This document shows positions 31,606 through 36,589 of a stretch of DNA of 36,589 bases, piece after piece. The position numbers and the translations under genes are program-made. Below the pieces are notes generated by a model. That model was not told the origin of the DNA, did no database searches, and was given only the letters and a program-made list of their open reading frames with translations. This stretch comes from Eubacteriales bacterium. GTDB taxonomy: Bacteria > Bacillota > Clostridia > Oscillospirales > CAG-272. The stretch spans positions 1-36,589 of the forward strand of contig JAZRLJ010000012.1 of NCBI GenBank assembly GCA_045646755.1, given 5' to 3'. Every line of letters starts with the position of its first letter. Positions within the stretch are counted from its first letter, which is position 1.

Positions 31606-32838
31606 ATGGCTGTAACTTACAATAGGCACAATTGGAACAACAATGGAGCTCCGGCAATAAACGCAACGAATCTGAATGGCATCGAACAAGGATTGGTAGA
31701 TGTAATCAGACAAGCTAATGCAAATGAAGAAAATATCACTGCGAATGAAAACGATATTGCAAGTGCTTCTCAAACAGCAAACGCCGCCAAAGCTGTCACC
31801 GATGCCATAAAAAATATAAACGGAATAGTTCAGAGCAACGGAGACGGCACGTTTACAGAGGCGAGCGGTAGTGAATTGCTCCCTGAGGTTGCTCCATCAG
31901 ATGCAGGAAAGATTTTAACCGTATCTAATGAAGGTACATGGGAAGCACAGACTCCAAACGATAGTAATAAATTAGATACTCCTATAACGACGAGCATTTC
32001 GCAAAATCCTCGTGGCTTGTTAAAAGGAGAGAGTGGCAGCGCAGCAACTGAAATTGCAAAACCCAATGTAGACTATATATCAGCAGCATATATTCCTGCA
32101 TTCAATGCGCTTCAATATGGCGTAACACATTCTGATATTAATGGAGTATATCCTGCAAATTCGGGCTATGATGTCAGAAAAAGTGTTGATTTTGAAGCAG
32201 TATGGGAACAGAAACGATATGGATTGCCAATGGGAAATTCTTGGGTGGGTGCAAGCAATATACAATCACTAATGAATGGAGAAGTATCAAGCAGCTCGAA
32301 TAGTTTAGAGCCTGCGGTATTAGCGTTTGAGGTATATTTACCTCAACCGCTTTCGACGGTTAATGGAACATCATATTGGAACTCGATTGAGATAGTTGCT
32401 TATTTATCCATAGATAGGCTTATTACTCAATCTGACGACACAATTAAACTTGAATTTTACAACAATCCTGACAATGGGCAGATTTTGTCTTGGTCATTAG
32501 GAAATGAATTGAACGGGTTAGCATCAGGGTGGTATTCGTTGGTATTGCCGATAGCGGCCGCAAGTAGCGCTCCTTCAGAAATTGATTATAGTTTTAATCA
32601 AGGCAGACTTTTTGCTTATCCAAAGTCTGATACAGGATGTGTTATTGCATTAGGAACAATGAATTTGCTTGAATCGGGCGGTTCTAACATTAGCGTTACC
32701 CCTGCTACAAAAATAATGTATGATAACAACGAAGAAACCGCAAGATATTACAGCATAGGCGAAGGGATCAGAACAGCACTTGAACCCGAGCCAAGACAAG
32801 GATATACGTTTATGGGATGGAGAGAAACAAATATATGA
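31606..32838 (+). CDS. Tail fibre / receptor-binding protein
   Basis: 410 aa. The N-terminal NWNNNGAPAINATNLNGIEQGL is a common fibre N-terminus. The C-terminal GYTFMGW resembles a Listeria-Bacteroides repeat. Confidence 0.65.
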   Translation: MAVTYNRHNWNNNGAPAINATNLNGIEQGLVDVIRQANANEENITANENDIASASQTANAAKAVTDAIKNINGIVQSNGDGTFTEASGSELLPEVAPSDAGKILTVSNEGTWEAQTPNDSNKLDTPITTSISQNPRGLLKGESGSAATEIAKPNVDYISAAYIPAFNALQYGVTHSDINGVYPANSGYDVRKSVDFEAVWEQKRYGLPMGNSWVGASNIQSLMNGEVSSSSNSLEPAVLAFEVYLPQPLSTVNGTSYWNSIEIVAYLSIDRLITQSDDTIKLEFYNNPDNGQILSWSLGNELNGLASGWYSLVLPIAAASSAPSEIDYSFNQGRLFAYPKSDTGCVIALGTMNLLESGGSNISVTPATKIMYDNNEETARYYSIGEGIRTALEPEPRQGYTFMGWRETNI

Positions 32839-32869
32839 TAATGATGTTGCTTAAGGAGAGAAAAACGTT

Positions 32870-33109
32870 ATGAGTTGGGAAATATTCATCGGTATATCAG
32901 CGCTTGTGTCGTTTGTATTAGTTGTGTTAACGCCCATAATCAAGCTGAATACAAGCATAACAAAACTTAATTGCTCAATAGATACCCTTAATAATAATAT
33001 GGAAGCACATGAGAGACGCATTGAAAAGCACGGAGAACAGATAGATGCTCTGCGTGATGATATAACAACGCTTAAAAGCTACCATACAAAAGGAAAGGAA
33101 GATGCATAA
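32870..33109 (+). CDS. Small membrane/coiled-coil protein of the lysis cassette (holin-like or XhlA/BhlA-like)
   Basis: 79 aa with an N-terminal TM helix (IFIGISALVSFVLVVLTPII) followed by a coiled-coil. TAATG overlap with the next gene. Confidence 0.55.
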   Translation: MSWEIFIGISALVSFVLVVLTPIIKLNTSITKLNCSIDTLNNNMEAHERRIEKHGEQIDALRDDITTLKSYHTKGKEDA

Positions 33110-33486
33110 TGTTTGAACAGTTCATATCTGAATACGGCACTACGATACTGTACGCTTTACTTACTACCGCGGCAGGCATCATCGGAACGTGGATAGGCTC
33201 TATTTACAAGAAGTACATAAATGATAAAACAAAAGAAGCTGTAGTCCGCACCGTTTGTAAGGCGATCGAGCAGATGTACAAAGACTTACATGGCGAAGAA
33301 AAATACAACAAAGCAGTCGAGTCCATTGTCGAAATGCTCTCACTTAAAGGAATCACCATTACCGAACTTGAAATTAAAATGCTGATTGAGGCAACGTGCT
33401 CCGAGTTCGTAAAATCGGCACAGACCGAAATTGAAAACGAAGTAATAAAAGAAGCCCAGCAGATGATAGGAGCAACGGAGGCGTAA
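33109..33486 (+). CDS. Holin, LL-H family-like
   Basis: 125 aa. An N-terminal TM helix (TILYALLTTAAGIIGTWIGSI) is followed by VVRTVCKAIEQMYKDLHGEEKYNKAV...MLIEA, the pattern recalled for LL-H holins. Confidence 0.7.
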   Translation: MFEQFISEYGTTILYALLTTAAGIIGTWIGSIYKKYINDKTKEAVVRTVCKAIEQMYKDLHGEEKYNKAVESIVEMLSLKGITITELEIKMLIEATCSEFVKSAQTEIENEVIKEAQQMIGATEA

Positions 33487-33488
33487 TT

Positions 33489-34100
33489 ATGGCAACAAGA
33501 ACGCAAGTTAACGCTTTTATAGACAAGCTTTCCGTTCTTGCTATATCCGAATGTATACAGAGAGATAAAAAAATATGTCCTTCTGTTTGCATAGCGCAGG
33601 CAGCACTTGAGACCGGATGGGGCACATCCTCTCTTATGCTAAAGGCTAATGCCTATTTCGGAATTAAAGCTACCGGATGGAGCGGCAAAGTCTATAACGC
33701 AAAAACAAAAGAGTCTTACGACGGTAAGACCCTTGTAAACACATCGGCATATTTTAGAGCTTACGACAGTCTGTCTGATTCGGTGAAAGACTACTACGAT
33801 CTTTTAACCAATTCAAGCAGATATGCCAAAGCTGTCAACGAACCTGATGCAACAAAATGTATTAAGGCAATCAAAGCCGGGGGTTATGCTACAGACCCTC
33901 TCTATGTATCAAAGATAACAAGCATTATAAAAACATACGGACTCACAAAGTATGATGTATGTATGAAAGATACAAAGCAGCCAAAATACGCAGACCTTGT
34001 TGCTAAAAAGTGCGGACTTGAAAAGCAGACTGTAGATTATATTAACGCATATACTTATGCGGATGCTTTGTGGGAAAAATTGTACAAGCAGATGGTATAA
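33489..34100 (+). CDS. Endolysin, GH73 N-acetylglucosaminidase domain
   Basis: IAQAALETGWGTS...NAYFGIKA...YFRAY...GYATDPLY is the mannosyl-glycoprotein endo-beta-N-acetylglucosaminidase signature. Confidence 0.85.
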   Translation: MATRTQVNAFIDKLSVLAISECIQRDKKICPSVCIAQAALETGWGTSSLMLKANAYFGIKATGWSGKVYNAKTKESYDGKTLVNTSAYFRAYDSLSDSVKDYYDLLTNSSRYAKAVNEPDATKCIKAIKAGGYATDPLYVSKITSIIKTYGLTKYDVCMKDTKQPKYADLVAKKCGLEKQTVDYINAYTYADALWEKLYKQMV

Positions 34101-34277
34101 ATTATGGGTAAATTGAGCGCAAATTGAGTAAATCAATAGGAAAATGCAGTATCAATAACAGTATCAATAAAGGCAAAATTCGTGATTTTTGCGAACTAAC
34201 TAAAACCACGACAGAGCCCTATAAACAACTGATTTTTTGTTGTTTTTGACTTGTTTAAAAATAGCTTAATCGCTTAA

Positions 34278-34322
34278 TTCGTAATCAATAGGCCGAGGGT
34301 TCAAATCCCTCCACCAGCTCCA
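34278..34322 (+). other. 3' half of a tRNA-Thr(CGU)-like gene, from the anticodon loop to CCA; not a complete tRNA
   Basis: TTCGTAA-TCAAT-AGGCC-GAGGG-TTCAAAT-CCCTC-CACCAGC-T-CCA. No complementary 5' acceptor strand (GCTGGTG) or D-arm lies upstream. Confidence 0.7.
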
Positions 34323-34330
34323 AATTAACA

Positions 34331-34376
34331 CCCCGAAAAGTGGCTTAAACAACTGCTTTTCGGGGATTTTGTTTTT
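34331..34376 (+). terminator. Rho-independent terminator after the tRNA fragment
   Basis: CCCCGAAAAG...CTTTTCGGGG stem followed by ATTTTGTTTTT. Confidence 0.8.
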
Positions 34377-34473
34377 AAGTTAACATTTTGCTTTAGTTTG
34401 TTGAAGTATCAATACGGTATCAATAGATTCAATTTTTAATTATTTATTTTTCCGTGCAAGTATCAATAATAAC

Positions 34474-35514
34474 TTATAATTTATTGGTTATTTCTCGCAA
34501 ATCTTCATACGAAACGTCTTGATAATACTGCAACATTTTGACGTCTGTGTGTCCTATCAAGCGGAGTTTATCTCGATCAGGAGCAGTAACATTCTTCAGC
34601 AGAGTTGCAAAAGTATGTCGGCACGAATGGGGCGTTAACGTATGGTCTGACTCGCTCTGTATTCCCATTTTTGACAACGCTTTGTAGAACTCCTTGTAAT
34701 AGACCTTTTGCGACATCTTAGAGCCGTCTTTGCTGAACAGATATCCATCAGGGTTAGTTTCTGCAAATCGTTCAATCAAGGGCAAAATTTTAGGTGAGAC
34801 GGTAACGATTCTGTTCTTCCCTGCCTCTGTCTTGATACCACCTTTAAGTGCTTTTTCTTCAGCGTCAAAATCGGAGGATTTAAGAGAAAGCAGCTCTTGC
34901 GGACGGAAACCTAAATAACAATGGCAATATATGATATCCGCAAACGGAACGACCCCTGCGCTATTTTTTATAATTTCCAATTCGTCAAGGTTAAATCCTC
35001 TCTTGTTTGACTGTACTGTTCCGGCTTTTACCTTAATATATTGCGGATAGTTTATGCGACCGACGTTATACCCTCTCGGTACAGCCCACTTATATATAAG
35101 ACCAAGAGCTATTTTTGCATTCTGACGAGTTCGAGTACCCTTATCCGTATTGTCTATGCAAGACTGCAGATCGTCTATATCCTGATTCGAGAGGTATATA
35201 TCCCAACACGGCTCAAATAATTTGAAACCCGATGCGTAGCAATTTATCGTGAGCCTTGAGGCTTCATAGTTTTCAATCCACTTATCATAAGCATCTTTAA
35301 GTGTAATTTCTCTTGGCTTTTCGGACATTTCTTTTTTAAGCTCGATTATATATTCAAGAGCCTTTGTTTTCGTCGGAAAGCCTTGTTTTGTCCTACGAAT
35401 AGGATTGCCGTCTGGCTTGTAACCTACGACGGCAATAGCTTTCCAATTGTTTACACCGACACGAATCGCAGAGCCTTGTCCGTTTCCTCTGCGTTTTATA
35501 CCTTTTTTTGCCAT
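34474..35514 (-). CDS. int: Tyrosine integrase
   Basis: 346 aa. The C-terminal catalytic motifs are HSCRHTFATLL and LIGHTDVKMLQYY. An N-terminal SAM-like/arm-binding region is present. Confidence 0.92.
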   Translation of the reverse strand: MAKKGIKRRGNGQGSAIRVGVNNWKAIAVVGYKPDGNPIRRTKQGFPTKTKALEYIIELKKEMSEKPREITLKDAYDKWIENYEASRLTINCYASGFKLFEPCWDIYLSNQDIDDLQSCIDNTDKGTRTRQNAKIALGLIYKWAVPRGYNVGRINYPQYIKVKAGTVQSNKRGFNLDELEIIKNSAGVVPFADIIYCHCYLGFRPQELLSLKSSDFDAEEKALKGGIKTEAGKNRIVTVSPKILPLIERFAETNPDGYLFSKDGSKMSQKVYYKEFYKALSKMGIQSESDHTLTPHSCRHTFATLLKNVTAPDRDKLRLIGHTDVKMLQYYQDVSYEDLREITNKL

Positions 35515-35816
35515 TATTCTAATCCTACTTGTGTTTTTACTATAACTTCTCCATCATAAAAGCCTATATTTGCATATGAGCCAAGCAACGGGTTACTATA
35601 CCAAATATAATAATCATAGTCCCAATTGCCTACAGAGGCTGAATATGATTCGTCATGCGTAGTTCCAAATATGTTGCGAACTTCAGTATATGACATTCCT
35701 ACTTGTATTCTGTTGTAATTGCCCAATGTAACATCAGAATCATTATTAAGTGTTATAAAAAGAAAAGAAAGAACGCCTAAAATTATAATTATTAAAAAGA
35801 ATCTCTTGCCGTTCAT
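35514..35816 (-). CDS. Membrane-anchored small protein, DUF3862/BLIP-like fold suspected
   Basis: An N-terminal TM/signal segment (FFLIIIILGVLSFLFITL) is followed by LGNYNRIQVGMSYTEVRNIFG...FYDGEVIVKTQVGL. Its stop overlaps the int start by 1 nt. Confidence 0.7.
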   Translation of the reverse strand: MNGKRFFLIIIILGVLSFLFITLNNDSDVTLGNYNRIQVGMSYTEVRNIFGTTHDESYSASVGNWDYDYYIWYSNPLLGSYANIGFYDGEVIVKTQVGLE

Positions 35817-35827
35817 AATTTAGCATC

Positions 35828-36376
35828 TCAATCTTGAAGCTCAGCGGTTGCCCACAAAACCTCAAAATATTCTCCGTTTTTCACCTCGACATAACATTGA
35901 AAATTGCCAGAATTCGAAGAAATAATCGAATCTATTTCGTGAGAAGCGTCTGCCCATCTATACCAACTTATATATCCGTCTTCATCAGTTGATGTTAGTT
36001 TGTACAAGCCCGGCGCTATATCTTTTCCTACAAGATACTCCCCTTCTCCAAATTTTGTTTTCAAACTGCCATAATAAGATGGGTGCGAAGTTGTATTCTT
36101 GCTTGTTAATGTAGCAGTAAACTTGTCCTGATTCCAATCTACAGACATACCGAGAGATGAGCCTATCGCACGGAGCGGAAGATATGTAGTGCCGTTGTAC
36201 AGTACCGGGTAGACCTGAGTACCTGCCGCATCGTAAAATTCTTGTTCAACATCGTCTATTACCACTTTCAGATCGGGGCGTAACTGTGCCGTAATGGTCT
36301 TAATAGCCGGAGCAGCCATTACTCCAAATGCGAATATTAATAATGCTGCTGTAATTGTTATTATTTTCTTTTTCAT
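35828..36376 (-). CDS. Secreted protein with a copper-amine-oxidase N-terminal-like (stalk) domain
   Basis: A signal peptide (MKKKIITITAALLIFAFGVMA) is followed by VYPVLYNGTTYLPLRAIGSSLGMSVDWNQ. The C-terminal domain is unassigned. Confidence 0.75.
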   Translation of the reverse strand: MKKKIITITAALLIFAFGVMAAPAIKTITAQLRPDLKVVIDDVEQEFYDAAGTQVYPVLYNGTTYLPLRAIGSSLGMSVDWNQDKFTATLTSKNTTSHPSYYGSLKTKFGEGEYLVGKDIAPGLYKLTSTDEDGYISWYRWADASHEIDSIISSNSGNFQCYVEVKNGEYFEVLWATAELQD

Positions 36377-36589
36377 TGTGATTGCTCCTCTTTACTATTT
36401 ATAATAATCTCTTCAAATTTAATTATTTCCTTATATGTTTGGTTATTTATATATTGATAAAAATGCTTGTCTTTATTTGTATGTACGATAAAAGAAATGG
36501 GTGAATAATGTTTTTTGCTATTTAGTTCTTTTCGCAAAAACAAATGCAATATATACGTATAGTTGTTTTTTATAAGCAGAAAATCTGCC
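36373..36589 (-). CDS. C-terminal 71 codons of an ORF entering from the right window edge
   Basis: Open from 36588 down to TGA at 36375-36373, which overlaps the next gene's ATG as ATGA. Translation: ADFLLIKNNYTYILHLFLRKELNSKKHYSPISFIVHTNKDKHFYQYINNQTYKEIIKFEEIIINSKEEQSQ. There is no Met in the visible part. Confidence 0.55.
   Translation of the reverse strand, partial: ADFLLIKNNYTYILHLFLRKELNSKKHYSPISFIVHTNKDKHFYQYINNQTYKEIIKFEEIIINSKEEQSQ

Larger units (their letters stand above)
34128..34468 (+). mobile_element. attP-like region: tRNA-derived core flanked on both sides by direct arm-type repeats
   Basis: GTATCAATA occurs at 34150, 34162, 34406, 34417 and 34460. Variants GTAAATCAATA (34128) and GTAATCAATA (34281, inside the core) also occur. 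All copies share one orientation and the region adjoins int. Confidence 0.65.

Noticed and set aside
34278-34322. Possible complete tRNA gene.
   Set aside because: Only the anticodon loop, T-arm, 3' acceptor strand and CCA are present. No GCTGGTG 5' acceptor strand or D-arm lies upstream, and the putative 5' anticodon stem does not pair. I interpret it as the attP core rather than a functional tRNA.
1-36589. CRISPR arrays, rRNA genes, reverse transcriptase/DGR or retron elements, and IS transposases.
   Set aside because: I saw no regularly spaced repeat-spacer array, no RT motif (YxDD context) in any ORF, no template/variable repeat pair near the tail fibre gene, and no transposase-like ORF.

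Overview
The window reads as an essentially complete temperate, siphovirus-type phage genome: it has a tape measure protein and no tail sheath. Gene content suggests a low-GC Firmicute host, probably Clostridia-like. The sequence appears to be linearised inside its own lysogeny arm. Minus-strand lysogeny genes run from the tyrosine integrase (34474-35514) off the right edge. They resume at the left edge and continue to a cI-like repressor (1795-2130). An attP-like site with a tRNA-Thr 3' half and GTATCAATA arm repeats on both sides lies next to int. Rightward from the cI/operator switch (2165-2217) the order is as follows. First come early and replication genes: Xis-type HTH, SleB-like hydrolase, PD-(D/E)XK nuclease, SSB, ERCC4-like nuclease, CHC2 zinc finger, and a VirE-type primase-helicase followed by iterons. 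Within these sits a nucleotide/DNA-modification and anti-restriction cluster: ThyX-like, minimal C5-MTase-like, N6/N4 MTase and Lar. Then come terS, a 2.4-kb accessory island, terL, a metallophosphoesterase moron, portal, scaffold, capsid, connectors, major tail, G/G-T chaperones with an A_AAA_AAC -1 frameshift site, tape measure, tail tip and fibre genes, holins and a GH73 endolysin. The most interesting candidates are these. (1) A promoter, structured RNA, terminator and RNase-like ORF at 1-617, laid out like a type III TA locus. (2) A type I TA-like pair at 15446-15732, a 27-aa Hol-Tox-like peptide with a convergent sRNA, inside the island that splits terS from terL. (3) A truncated serine recombinase in that island. 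(4) A gene cassette bracketed by exact 28-bp repeats. All functional calls rest on reading motifs by eye and on recalled family signatures. No database search was run.
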